Below are positions 36,431 through 49,319 of a DNA stretch of 64,000 nucleotides, one piece after another. Below the pieces are notes generated by a model, which did no database searches, was not told where the DNA came from, and saw nothing but the letters and a program-made list of their open reading frames with translations. Source of the DNA: Camelus dromedarius (lineage: Eukaryota); NCBI RefSeq assembly GCF_036321535.1, contig NC_087438.1, forward strand, positions 9,674,001-9,738,000, in the 5' to 3' direction. Every line of letters begins with the position of its first letter. The first letter of the stretch is position 1. A program made the position numbers and the translations under genes.

Positions 36431-38289
36431 AAGGAGGTACCTGCAGGACCTTGTAAGTAAGACAAATGCCAGCATAGCTGAATGATCTCCTGGTGTCCAC
36501 GAGTAGAAGGATACTCTTTAAAGAAGTGGGGAGATTTGCCTGATATCAGAGATCCCAAGATTTAGAAGAAATTTTTCACAGTAAGTGTTTTTAGACACTC
36601 TGAACAGTGACAACTAGAAGGTTGTTTCCAAAAGACCTCCTGTCTGAGGGTCTTCTTGGGAGGATCCCGTCTTATCCCAGACCCGAAGGAGGTTTTTATT
36701 TCTATGCATGCTTTACTGTTTAGGATATAAATGTACATCTGGATTCCCCCTCTACCCCATCTTCTTTTTCCTGCATTTGAGATTTGGTCCTAAAGTAATT
36801 GTAACCAACTTTAATTTTCAGCTGGAAGGTTCTGGGACATTAAACAACACAAAACAAAACAAGAAAGACTCTTTTTAAAATATTATTTTATAGAACTATT
36901 TGCTGCATTTATTTTACACACAGCATGATGATTACTTCTCCAGGCTTTTTTTTTCCCTCTTTGTTTAGAGATAACTAGATAAGCAATTTTTCGGAGACAG
37001 TCACAGACACACATTACTAATGCCTAGCACATTTGGAGAAGCTTCAAGACCATTTGTAACACCACTGAAGACATTTTCAATAACTGGCACAATTTTGAAA
37101 TGGAAATTGCTCTTGGTGTTAAATTTTAAAAGCAATTTTGTTTGGAAATATTAGTGCAATCTACAAAGAAACAGCAAATCATACAGCTAAGGGGACTAAC
37201 AGCCTTTGAAGCTTTAGCAAGAGACTGGAGATTTCTCATTCTTTTCTTTCTGCTTGCCTTCCTTCCCTCCCTCTTTCCTTTCTTTGTTCTGATACCTATG
37301 TAGGACATGATACTGAGCAATTACTGCTCTGCTGTAATCCAATGAGACAATCAGATATTAAGCAAATAATTACACAAAAAAGTAAAATTTTGAAGTAGAT
37401 AGAAATATGAGAGCATCTGACAAGAGAGTTGACATAACCAGGGAATCAAATGAGAGTTTTCAGTGCCTTTCAGACATCCAAGGAGAAACGTTAGGTAGGC
37501 AGATCGTTAGATGGTTAGAGTCAAAAGATTGTGGTTAATAGACTGCTTACAGGCTAGAACTATTCTGATTAACATTTGAGACAGCCTGGGTGAAATGTAT
37601 TCTTTCAAGTAATAATTCCTAAGCATATGACACAGTGGTAGTATGAACGTGGCTTTTACCGAGCTGACTTTAGTCTGATCGAAGGGGAACGATGGATGTG
37701 CTTGGAACAGTTACGTGGGAAGTCCTGTCTAATTCAAAGCCCAAATAAGAACTGAGGCAGAAACTAATGCAGGAGCCCAAGGAAGACTAGGGACTCCAGG
37801 CATGAGATTAAGAAAGGAGAAGGAGGGAAGGAAAAGAAAAAGCACTGGTGAGGGAATAACTATACCAAAGCGACTCAGGAGATGTTGATTGGACCCAGCG
37901 GTGGCGGGGGGGCGGGTCTGTGTATGTATACAGGTATATACATATGCGTATGTGTGTGTGTTATAATAGCTAAACATTGCTCCAAGACAGACCCACAGAT
38001 TAAAACAGGTAAGAAGTGGAGCCAAACTTTGGGGAATTTAGAAATTGAGATGATGGAAGTTTAAATAAAACTGGATAACTCCCCTATATGCCCCTTCTCT
38101 CTGCTGCCTTCTACCTGTCTCCATCTGCTGTCATTATATTTTGAAAAGCTATTGATATTACCAGGAATCACCTGGCCTGTGACTAAGTTATTTAGAAGGC
38201 TTATAGAAAAGGTGACTAGCAGTTCAAATTTTCTAATACCTGCTATTTAATTTTAAAGTAACCTTTAAAAAAGAAAGGGAAGTCTATAC

Positions 38290-38424
38290 TTTATAATAGC
38301 CTATAATGATAAAGAACATGAAAAGGAATATGTATGTATGTATGTATGTACCACTGAATCACTATGCTGTATACCAGAAATTAATGCAACATTGTAAATC
38401 AACTATACTTCAATAAAAAAAAAA
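38290..38424 (+). mobile_element. Young, 5'-truncated L1 3' end with poly(A) (cetartiodactyl/camelid-type)
   Basis: 'cctataatgataaagaacatgaaaaggaatatgtatg...ctgaatcactatgctgtataccagaaattaatgcaacattgtaaatcaactatacttcaataaaaaaaaaa'. Confidence 0.85.
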
Positions 38425-38427
38425 TAT

Positions 38428-38737
38428 TATAGCATCAGTTTGAGATGCTATAACAAACTACTACAGAGCAGATGACTTAAATAACAAACACTTATTTCTC
38501 ACAATTCTGGAAGCTAGAAGTCCAAGATCAAAGCATCAACAGATTTGGTGTCTGATGAGAAATGGATTCCTGGCTCAGATTCATGGGTCGCTATGTTCTC
38601 ACATGACGGAAGGGGCAAGGATGCTCTGTGAGGTCTTCTTTATAAAGGCAGAGCCCAACCTCCTAATGCTATTACATTGGAGGTTAGGATTTCAACATAT
38701 GAATTTTGAAGGAAAACAAACATTTAGTCTATATAAT
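38428..38737 (-). mobile_element. MaLR LTR, MLT1A-like
   Basis: 'gctataacaaactactacaga...atttctcacaattctggaagctagaagtccaagatcaa...ttaggatttcaacatatgaatttt...aaacatttagtct'. Confidence 0.85.
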
Positions 38738-38762
38738 ACTCTGTATATACCTGAGTTGAAAT

Positions 38763-38766
<4 letters not shown>

Positions 38767-38798
<32 letters not shown>
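38767..38798. repeat. Compound microsatellite (TG)7(TA)9
   Basis: Direct count. Confidence 0.9.
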
Positions 38799-38799
<1 letters not shown>

Positions 38800-39254
38800 G
38801 ACTAGTTTATATGATAAATATCAACTAGCAGCCTCCAAAGGAATAAAATATCAGAAATGTATCTAAATGTATTAAATGCCCTTGTCATCACAGAAATTAT
38901 CCATTATTAAGGAAAGTCTTTTGATATCATGGATGGTAAATGAAAACCTGCTTTCTTTTTTGCTAGCATATTTAATTACCTGTTTTGTAACTGTATGTCC
39001 CCGAAGGCATTAAGAAGTCAAATTATTCCAGAAGGAAACAAGGTAGAAGGCTTGTCTTAAAAGATTCCTGAAAATGACAAACTTCAGCACAATTCTTTAA
39101 TTTTTCACTGTTCTTTGTTGCACTAATCAGCCCCTTCCTCTTTGTTTCACAAAGAACTAACTTTCTAAAAAGGAAAGGAAAAGATGAACTTGGAAAGAGC
39201 GCGGAACCTCTGAGCATGGCGCTCCTCACTGTGAAACGAGGGCAGCGGGGCTGG

Positions 39255-39460
39255 TGTGATGCCTGCTACAGCCAGGGGGCGCTTCGAGCAACTCACATCT
39301 ATCCGCTCACTCGGTCCTTGCCGCTACAAGGTGAGTATCCTCCTGTTACAGGTGAGGACACTGATGTTGGGCTACGTTCCGGGGGTCACATAGCAAAGGA
39401 ATGAGGACAAAGTGAAGGCTCAAGCCCAGGGACTTTGGCAACAATGCCTGTACCGTTGGC
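39255..39460 (-). mobile_element. MIR SINE, unusually CpG-rich
   Basis: 'ttacaggtgaggacactga...ggtcacatagc...ctcaagcccaggga' is the antisense MIR core. Confidence 0.75.
39265..39284 (+). promoter_or_regulatory. Candidate CTCF binding site
   Basis: CAGCCAGGGGGCGCT closely matches the CTCF core (CCASYAGRKGGCRS). Confidence 0.6.
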
Positions 39461-41447
39461 CACCATGTTGCACGGTCCTATATAAACATGCCACGCCTAC
39501 CTTCTAGAATCCTTCTGCACACCAAGCCAAAGTACATGAAGCACTTAATACTTTTTAAGGGATTATGCAAAGGTAAGTTAACATTTTTATTAAAGTGAAT
39601 GATCCCAGGATGAATCAAAACATCCAAGGCTATTATGGATACACTTACCCCAAACCTTCACACAAAAGTTGCTTGATTTGAGATGTCAAATACATTAAAG
39701 GGAAAAAAGAAAGAAAGACTTTACATATTTCACTCTACCATAAAACATTATTACTGACATCGTGTCTCACCACAAGTCTTGATAAAATGAGATATCTTAA
39801 ATTTTGTTACCTTAAATCACACATGAAAACTATAACTTATTTTTGTAAGTGAGGTCATATTGGCTCAGGCAATAAACTTTTTATTTAAACTCACTTTATA
39901 TTTTGGTTAGATACAGGTCCCATTTAGGATAGTATCTGTCATTTCCTGAGAAATTTTGAAATCATGTTCTTTCTGATTCGTTTGAAATGCTGCAGTGATG
40001 AAAAGCAATTGTTTCATCTTGAATCTGGGTTTATTCTATCAGTAAAGAAACATAGCAACCTCACATTTATACTATCCCTTTTAACGTCAATTCTTTAAAA
40101 GGTATTTCCCATTGCTTTCCAGCATTTATTTATAAATGTGGCAGAGATCAGCCTCACTCACATAAAATACCACAGGAAAACATTCACAAAAATAGAAACG
40201 TAAGGTAACATAGTTCAATAGTTATAAGGATATTGTGAAAACCACAAAACAAAACAAATGTTAGAAATTGCTCTATATCAACATAAAGCATCGTAATTTT
40301 CATTATCATGATTTTCAAACTTGTAAATAGCTTGGTATCCATGAAACATTTGGTCATGAATTTCAGAATCTTTATGTTTTTCCCCTATGTGTCATATTTT
40401 TATTTTATTTTCTTCTCTTGCTTAGAGTCATCAAAGTAATTTGAACTTGGTTGATCATTGGTTTAACAAGCAAGGATTTTGTGTGGTAAACAGTGGAATG
40501 TCTAGCAGTGTCCAATCAATGGTGCAGCCAATGCAAAGTAGCAACACTGACCATTAAAGGTGCGTCATCCTCAGTCTTCTCTAGAGGCATCCTTGTGCAA
40601 GTGACTTCACGCATTCAGTGAGCGGCCCTCAGGCAACTAGAAACAGCTAAGGCCCTGAAAGAGCCCAGATTCCAGCACAGTGACTGTATGAGGGACACGG
40701 TATATAGTCATTGTTTCAAGAGCTAAATGCTATTCTAGTTTATTGTGTTTAAGGAAAAAGTAATACTTGTTTTTAAAAAGGATTAAGCTCTAGTGATGCT
40801 TCAAGTACTGCACTAAGAGCTACACGAAAAAGAAAAAGAACATAATCAATTGCACACACAAGGGCCCTACGTGGAGTCAGGAACGAGGTGGGTCATTAGG
40901 AATCTGGGCTCCGTCTGGTGGTGTTTGATGATATTTTACTCCGGACAGCTAAGAACGCTTCTATTTGGCTTTTTCGCTGATGCTGATGGATAGAAAAAGT
41001 GGGAATGAAAGGTCCTTTATTAATAGTAAGCCACTGCCAAATACCCTCACGAAGCAAAATTCCTGATGAAGCTGGACAGGCGCCCACAGCTCAGGCTGGA
41101 AGCCGAACGAAGCCTTGATTTTGCCAGGTCCTTGCCTGGATTGCCGTGGAGCACCCCGGGTACTGGGCACGGTGAAGCAGGGCTGTGAGAAGAGGAGAGA
41201 GAGAAGAAATACAGGACTCTCCAAAGGAACCACAGCTCGCTGACTGAGATCACAGAACAGCCAAAGAAGCAGAGACAAATCACATCCACGTAGAACACCA
41301 TAGAGTCACGTTCATAAAATCAGCAATGTGTGGTGCATAGCAAAGGAAAAGCACAATGTTCATAATGTCTTAACATGCTGCTCTCAATGGATGGGAGATA
41401 AAATAGTCAAAAGGCATTTTACAAGGGGTTCTGCCCTAAATGGGGGA

Positions 41448-41835
41448 TGTGCTGGGTCATTTCACGTGTCAGCTTGGCTAGGCTTTGGTGCCCACCTATT
41501 TGGTCAGACATTAGTCTAGATGTTATTGTGAGGGTGTTTTTATAGCAGTGATTTATATTTACAATCAATTGACTTTAAGTAAAGCAGCAACCCTCAACCA
41601 ACTGATTGAAGGCCTTATGTGCAAAAACTAAAGTTTCCCCAGAAAAGGGAATTCTGACCCAAAAATGTAACATAGAAATCCTGCTTGAGTTTCCAAACCC
41701 CTAGCCTGCCTTGCAGATTTTAGACTAAAGACTGCAACATAAATTCTACCTGAATTTCCAGCCGGCCTGTCTTCCCTGCAGATTTTGGACTTGCCAACTC
41801 CACAATCATGTAAGCCAATTCCTTCAAATAAACAT
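41448..41835 (+). mobile_element. MLT2B-like ERVL LTR
   Basis: 'gtgtcagcttggctaggc...tttggtcagacattagtctagatgtt...gactttaagtaaagcag...cagattttggacttgcca...caatcatgtaagccaattcctt'. Confidence 0.9.
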
Positions 41836-42274
41836 CAGCCAATCAATCAGTCTCTGAAAAGACAGAGATAAAGAGCTGAACTCAAACATGTGGAATGATT
41901 AATTCGATAAGGCAGAGATAGGGGCACTTGAGAAACAGTATTTAAATGCTTAAGATATGTGACAATATATTTTATAAACTATCAATGACATACTGGTTTT
42001 CATCTGGCTAAAAACTTAAAGTGATTATATTTATGATTGTAAAGAAATTCAAAATACTTTCCCTCCAACAGAACATTTTCTAACTCACAAGGCATCAGTA
42101 CTAGTAATTTAAAATATATATATATGAAAACTCAAAAGACAAAAATTATTTTAAATAATTATTGTAATACAACCAAAAATCTCCTAAACTACTCCTGGAT
42201 CGAGGGGGAAATTTAAGTCTCTAATTACAGAGATCTTTGAGAATGGGATGTATACCCAATGGATGTACTTGGCT

Positions 42275-42614
42275 TCCTCAAAGAATATGTCCCTCCAAAA
42301 TTAGATTGGGGCCCTAATCTCTAGTGTGGCAGTGTTTGGAAGTGGGGCTTTTGGGAGGAAATTGGATTTGGATGAGGTCATGCAGGTGGAGCCCCCATGG
42401 TAGGACTGATACCCATAGAAGGAGATAGAGACAACAGCTCTCTCTCAGCCTTATGCAGATGCAGCAAGAAGGTGGCTGCCTACGAGCCAGAAAGGTGGCC
42501 CTCATTACAAGCTGGCACCGTGATCTCATACTTGCAGCCTCTAAAACTGTAATAAATAAATACTTGTTATGTAAGCTGCCAGTCTATTGGTAGTTTGCAG
42601 CCGGAGCTAAGACA
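42275..42614 (+). mobile_element. MaLR LTR, MLT1A0-like
   Basis: 'gatgaggtcatgcaggtggagccccc...cagcaagaaggtggctgcct...gctggcaccgtgatct...cagcctctaaaactgt...gctaagaca'. Confidence 0.9.
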
Positions 42615-43399
42615 CTTACCCTCTTAATTTTCTGCTGAGATAAGCCAACCAAAACAAAATGGTTGGGAAAACTGTATAGCACTGCAGGAAAATCACAAGG
42701 CATTTTTAACTGCATGTTCCAAATGTCAAGGATCTGTAACTTTTAAATAATGCAGTTAAAATAAAATTATGAAGATGGAGGAGTGACAGCTTCTGCCGCC
42801 ACCACCAGCAAAGTCAGAAAGAGACACCTTGGAAGACAAACACCTGCCCTGCATTGTTACTGCCAAGAAAAACCTGGTCAAAAGATAATTTTTTAAAAAG
42901 AGAGAATGATTAAGATAAAATCGTGACTCTCATACAGGTATACAAATGAACACACATCACAGGTTTTATTTTACTCATTAATGAGGAAGCATGAGGTGTC
43001 CCAACCAGTTCAAGAAGCTAATATTAGAAGTACAGAATTCACCAGCACATCAATAGAAAAGAATCACTTTGCGTTGCTACCAGTTACCTCCAACCTATAC
43101 AGTTGTAGCATAGCTCCCATAGAATCAGAACCACACGCTGTCTTTCCAACAGAAAACCAGGTAGATGCTTCAGCAAATGGTTAGGAGATGCAGACTTTAA
43201 CAGCTCTGGTTTTAGTGACTTCTGTGTAATATGAATAATCTACTACAGAAGATTTCCCTCATCCTCAGCCATTTAAGAGGTCATGATATTAATCCATTCA
43301 AGTTGAATAGTTGATATTTATTTTATACTGCAGACTTGAGAGAAAACCAGAGCCTGCTCCAACCAGGCTCTTTATAATTCCTTTTTTTTTTGAACACCA

Positions 43400-43680
43400 A
43401 GGGGATTTTTGAGTAACAGTCTGGAGGACGTAAAAGAACTTGCCAGACAGACACTTGAGGTAACAGTATTTCAGGTAGGAGGAGCAGTAAGCACAAAATT
43501 CTGGAGGCTGGAGTGTACCTGATATACACAGCAAAGAGGCCATGGGGCTGAATTAGACTGCGTATTGGAGAGAATGGTAGGACACAAGATCAGACCAATA
43601 TTGGGGGTAAGAGTGAAAGAGGGAATGAGATCCAACAGGGCCCTTGCAGATCACTGTAAGGTCCTACGTGGCTCTGACCG
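43400..43680 (-). mobile_element. L2 fragment
   Basis: 'aacagcaaagaggccatggggctg' style segment and 'agggcccttgcagatcactgtaagg'. Confidence 0.55.
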
Positions 43681-45299
43681 TCTGTTTCAGTTAGGACAGA
43701 AAATTAACCCAAGAAAAGATCTATTGGTAAAATAAGGAATTAGTTCTCTCATATTTAACATGCACAGAGGCATGGGTATCCTCTTTAGTTATTAGGACAG
43801 AGAAAAATATTTCCACGATGACAAACCATTCCACAAAGCATGAACCAAATCGATGTCCTCTGAAACACGGGTGTCCAGAAATCCTCAGGAGAGATTGCTA
43901 TGATTCAACATCATTTTGCCAACCTCAAATATCATTCACAAATATGTGTGGCAATATTATACAGAGGTCAAGAGAGGAAAAACAGATACAAGCTGTACTA
44001 AGTATTTATAAATAAAAAATGTAGAGGCAATGTCAAAAGAGGAGAAAAATACACAGCATCTCTGCTCGCATGTTGAGTAGAGAAAGGAGGCAGATACATT
44101 TACAATTTTAAGTTCTTCTAAAATAAGAAAATTCATAGTTTCTAGACTATTTTTTAAATCATCTGTTGAGGTCATAAAATCCATTGAAGCCCTTTCTGTT
44201 CCCACTTCCAAGGGTGATTTATTTTACAAAACTATTGCAGATCCTGTAAGGTGGTTTTCACCAAGAACGTACAACCTTGAAATGCAGGCGAAGTTCCGTT
44301 TCTGTCTTCAGGAAGCAGTAACCCAGAGTCATTCTCTGTGGGCGCTAAATGAACATTAATTAATGATGAATGGAGGATACTTTACCATCTGTTCAGCACT
44401 GATTCAAAATATACTGTTGTTACTTAATTGGATTATTTTTAGTCTTGTAGTTTCAGCTGGGTGAACACTAATGGCTGGATCTGTGAAATGCCCTGGCAAA
44501 TCATAACTCTCATTTTGAAATCCTTGTCTGGAGGGGTGGCTAATTATTGGAGGATAAGTACATCCAAACAGCAATGAAAGAAGGTCTTTTCTAACATTTG
44601 GTTTTCTTAACGTGATAAAGCATTCCCTCTGCAGTAGAATAATTCAAGTCATGTATAACAAGTGACAGCCTAGAGGACTGGGAGCCAATGGAAGAAAAAC
44701 ATGAAAAATATTTTTTAAGGAAAAAAAGATAAATGGGATTTACATATACATAACATTGTCTTCTTTTTGTCATTAAACCCCCAGCACTTCCTCGCTCGTA
44801 TGGAGCTGCCATACTGTGCTGCACTCTGAAGATATGTGCTATGATATACCGTGGGACCAACAAATAAAATTCCAATTCAGATATATGACATATAATAATA
44901 ATATGACAGCCGTTTCTTTATGAAGGAGAAGTGAGCTATTCTTAAAATTACTTAAGGCAAGAGGCTTCTGAGAGGCTACATTCCTTTTTTCAAACTTTCA
45001 AATTAAAACTAAGAATAGGAAGTAAAGACATTTACTTAGGTACCCAAGAGGGTTGTGGTTCGATTTTAGTGGACTCTTTTTGAGTTCGTGGATTGCATGC
45101 TGGAATAATTTATTGATAGCCCCAAATGCTTTATTTGCCCCAGTGAAGGACTTTATTAAAGGTATGATTTTCCCTTGTCTGCTTTCAGCTGCTCCCACAC
45201 ACCATAACCATCTTAGACATTTAATGATATCAGACTTAAAAGACAGTCAAAATCATGCTTCTGCGAGGCATGCTCAGATTAGCAGAGGGTATTACCGAG

Positions 45300-45480
45300 G
45301 CCAATTGCCAGCATTCAAGTGCTAGTTCCACCAGTACCAGCTATGTGACCTCAGCCTCTGCAAGGCTCAGTTCTGCCTCAGAAGAAAAATGAACATTTTA
45401 ATAAAATTTGCATCACACATTTGGTTTGAATATCACATTAAATAATGCATGTAAGGTGTTTTGTACAGTACCTGGCATTT
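45300..45480 (+). mobile_element. MIR SINE
   Basis: 'ttcaagtgctagttccacc...ccagctatgtgacct...attaaataatgcatgtaaggtg...acagtacctggca'. Confidence 0.75.
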
Positions 45481-46524
45481 TCCATGTTTTCTGAAGTATG
45501 TATAATATAGAAATTGCTAACCACACCACCTGTCCTGAGGGAACCCTAACCACTGTCACTCACACAGGCCCCTTCTGAAGGGCCTTTTGCATGTGGATCC
45601 CATGAGTTGGACCCAGGCCACGGTGGGTTTGACCAGGGCAGGGAGCCTGGTGCAAGGACAGGCAGCATATAGGCTGATGAGAGACCGGTGAGGTAGCCTA
45701 ATGCAAAATCTTTCCTCTAAAGGTATGACTGTAATTAACTAAACCAAGGCGGGAAGAACCCTCTTGGGCAAGAAGAATGAGATATATCAGAAGAATCCAG
45801 TGGCAGCTGGGGTAGAATTTAGATGGCACAAACATGGGAAAGATAGCAAATAAAAGACATGGGGCAACAGTATATATGAATAAGCAGAAGCATGAGGCAA
45901 GGAGGGAGTCAGCCTGCAGGGGCAGAGCTGGTAGGAGGGGGCCAGACAGGGAGAACATGAGTCCACATGGTGAGTACAGAGCAGGACAAAATACATGCTT
46001 GCTGCTGAAGAGGCTGCATAATCCCCTGGCCCCTCGAGCTGACCACCTGTGCCTTTCTCTCCAGCTGGACCCATCGTGCCTGTGCCTAGGCACGAGCAGA
46101 AAGGGTATTTCTGGCAGCACGCTGCCCAGACTGCTCAGAAACCAGGTCAACTTGTGCAGGGAACCAGGGCTGTGAGCATCCACTTCTCCTCAGTCCTCAG
46201 GCTCCACATGAGCAGCAATGCTGAAGATCAAACACAGTGTAGGTATGTAGCTGCCTGCTTTATCACCCCGTGGACTTTGGCAAAGTCAGCAGGAAAAGCT
46301 ACACTTTTTCTGTCCCTGGAAACCATCTGGAAAATGCCAGCTCAAATTAACCCTTTATACGTAATGTCTTAGTCCTTGCCTGTCTCTGCCTCCTTCATCC
46401 AGCCCTTCACTTCCTCAGTTCTTCCTACGTGTGTGTGCACAGTAACTGCTACAGCAAGCACCTCACTCTCAGCATATTTTCAGTGATTCTGTTCTTTTGA
46501 TTGGTATTATTTCTAACCGTAATT

Positions 46525-46715
46525 AATAATAATTTAAAGAGCTAATGAGGTTTTTTGAATGTTTGCCTTATACCAGACACTGGTCTGAGCATGCCACATG
46601 AATTAAATCATTTATTCCCCACAACAATTCAATCAGTTGGTATTGTCATAATCTCCGTTTTTATAGATGAAGAAAGTAAAGGACAGCAATTCTAAGAAAT
46701 CAGTTCAACATCATT
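46525..46715 (-). mobile_element. MIR SINE
   Basis: 'ccagacactggtctgagc...catttattccccacaacaa...tccgtttttatagatgaagaaa'. Confidence 0.8.
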
Positions 46716-46989
46716 TCCCGTAACGTTTATAGGTATGGCTGTTCATGTTTTATTTGCTTCTCACTATGTCATTACAATAAAGTCTGAATACTCAGGTTAA
46801 CATGCACGTTTACTGGTTCCTTGAAGCCTTTAAAAAAAAAAGCCAGACTAAAATTCTTTAATATGTTTTCACATGTATGTGTCCTTAAATGTTTTTCCTT
46901 TGAAAGTCAGAGTCAGTACAAAGAGATTACTTACTGATGCAGAGTTATAAAGAATCACACTTGTGCCAATACAAATGGCCTTGCTATAG

Positions 46990-48290
46990 TTAAGAAACAG
47001 GGGACCAGTGTGGCATTACAAACAGAAACAAGGGAGAGTTAAAGGAGGTGAGGTCAGAGTGGTAGCCGGCGGTAAGATCATATAAAGCCTTGCAGGGGGA
47101 GGTGGGGGTCTTGGTGAAGCCAACAGGGTGGCAATCATTTGCAGATTTTGAACAGGGGAAGGGCATAACATGATTTGTGTTGTAGAAGAATGACTCTGGC
47201 TGCTAGTCGGAGGAAAAGAGAAAAACAGTTGAAATGTGAGGGTAGAAGAAGGAAGATCATCTAGCAATCTGTTACAATTATCCGAGCAATAAATATTGGT
47301 GGCTTTGATTAGAGAAGAAGAGGTAAGAGTGTAAAGAAGTGATGAGATTCTGGGTACATTGAGGAGGTAACTGTCAGGATTTGCTAATGGATTGGACGTG
47401 ATGTGTGCATTCGTTTTCTATTGCTGCACAATTTACCACAAAAGTATCAGCTTGAGACAACAGCCATTTGTTATCTTGCAGTTTCTGTGCCTCGAGATTC
47501 CAGGCATGGCTCATCCAAGTTCTGCCTTCAGAGCCTCACAAAGCTGAAATCAAGTGTCACTTAGGCTGCACCCCCATCTGAAAGCGCAAGAAGGAAGGAT
47601 CTACTTTACAGCCTCCTTGAAATGTGGACAGAATTACTTTCCTCGCAGCTGTAGAACTCACAGCAATTTGCTTCTCCAGAGCCAGCAACAGAGATAGAGT
47701 GTTGGTTATTTGAATTCTCCATCTTCAGGGAATGTCTAGGTCCTCTAATAATAGGCTATAATAATGGGCCATGATCAGGTCTGGGATACCCAGGATTATC
47801 TACCCTTGGATTAACTCAGAGTTGACTTATCAGGGATCTTATCTCTCTACTTTTACATATAGCATAACATAATCACGGAAATTATGTCCCATGCACTATG
47901 TATGCCATGTTCTATAGAAGCACATCATGGGGCCCACTCACACTCAAGGGGAAGGACTTGCACAAGGGTATGGGTATGAGGGGGCAGATATCATGGGGGG
48001 CACCCTAGGTTATGTCCCCCAGAAAGTGTAAGAGTTAAAAAAGGGACCCAGATGGCAGCAGATCTTTTGCCCAAGCAACTATAAGAACTGAGTTTCTATT
48101 TACTAAATTAGAGAACATGGGCGAGAAGGCTTGACGTGGGAGCAGAAAACCAAATGTTTGGTTTCAGGCATATTGTATTTAAGAAGTTTTTTTGACATTC
48201 CAATAGAGATGTCAAAGTAGGCATGTGCAAATTGCAGGTGACATGGGAAGACTGCATGAGCGTCCAGGCAGAAACTAACATGTAGTACCT
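46990..48290 (-). mobile_element. L2 LINE split by an MLT1E-like LTR
   Basis: L2 reads up to 'ggatttgctaatggattggacgtg' (47400) and resumes after 48028 ('agcaactataagaactgag...caatagagatgtcaaagtaggca'). Confidence 0.8.
47406..48023 (-). mobile_element. MaLR LTR, MLT1E-like
   Basis: 'tgcattcgttttctattgctgc...ggattaactcagagttgact...cccactcacactcaaggggaagg...tcatgggggcaccctag'; 5 bp TSD atgtg/aagtg. Confidence 0.85.
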
Positions 48291-49319
48291 GCCTGGGTGA
48301 ATTACCCACAGTGCAGGTTCTTTGCCTTCCATCTTGATAGTTCTGAAATGTGACTGAGTCAGTGCTCAACAGCTGATCAACCTGAGTCTGCTCACTTCTA
48401 AAAGACTAAATAAAACACTAACAAGAACACATCAATTTGCTGGAGCAAATGTCACCATAAAGCAGACTGGATATTCACCTAACTATGGTGAGCACTTCTC
48501 CTTTAAGGTCTAGGATGGACACTGCTCATCTTTGATGTAATGGCTCTCATTTTTCTATGAATAGACCATAACAGACCACCTCCCTCACCAATGGACATAT
48601 TCTTTCCTTAACTCAGAAACTTTCCCTTTCTTTTCTTCTTCCCAAACTTTCTTGAAGTATGACCCACTTTTGTGAGAAGTAGTGGCTTATCATCATAATA
48701 ATTTCTAAAAAGGATTGGAAGGCTTTTTAATAGAAGGATGGGAAGTATAGGAAGCTTAGAAAAACCTCACAGCCACCACATATCATTCTGAAATGTGTCC
48801 TGAGTGGGATGACTCCCTCTTGAAAATCCCTGCTTTTGGTTTTTTAATAGGATGGTACACTTGGATGTTATATATATTAATTTCATAACTCTCCAAGAAT
48901 AATTTATCACTTTTTTCACAATTTCTTGAGTTTCATCTAATTGTAGCCACATACTGTCTGTACCTAATAAGTTATATATACTGTCCAATTTTACACATAA
49001 AAATTGAAGCTCAAAAAAGTTAAATAACATCCCTAAATCTCATAACTAGACAGGATCAAGGAAATTCATGCTCAAGTCTAGAAAATTCCCAAAGCACAAA
49101 CTCTTTCTTAAACAACTACATTTTTAAAACTGTGGAGGCTGGGGTGGGTGGTGAGGGAGGGTATAAGCTAAAAAAGTTAGAAAATTCTTCCTTCCCTTGT
49201 GTGGTAATTAGAGGTAAGTTGAATAATCCTAGAAAACAGTTGTCTATCATTCTTCCAATGCAGTTTCAATAAGTGGGGTAAGCAGATTAACATATCTCCA
49301 AATCCCTATTTCCTCCCGA

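Noticed and set aside
45520..46380. Overlapping ORFs of 95-161 aa on both strands
   Set aside because: No domain similarity; the region looks like an ancient LTR-like element I cannot name confidently
49150..49180. Resemblance to the start of a tRNA-derived camelid SINE (gggagggtatagctc)
   Set aside because: Similarity ends after ~14 nt; no B-box or tail
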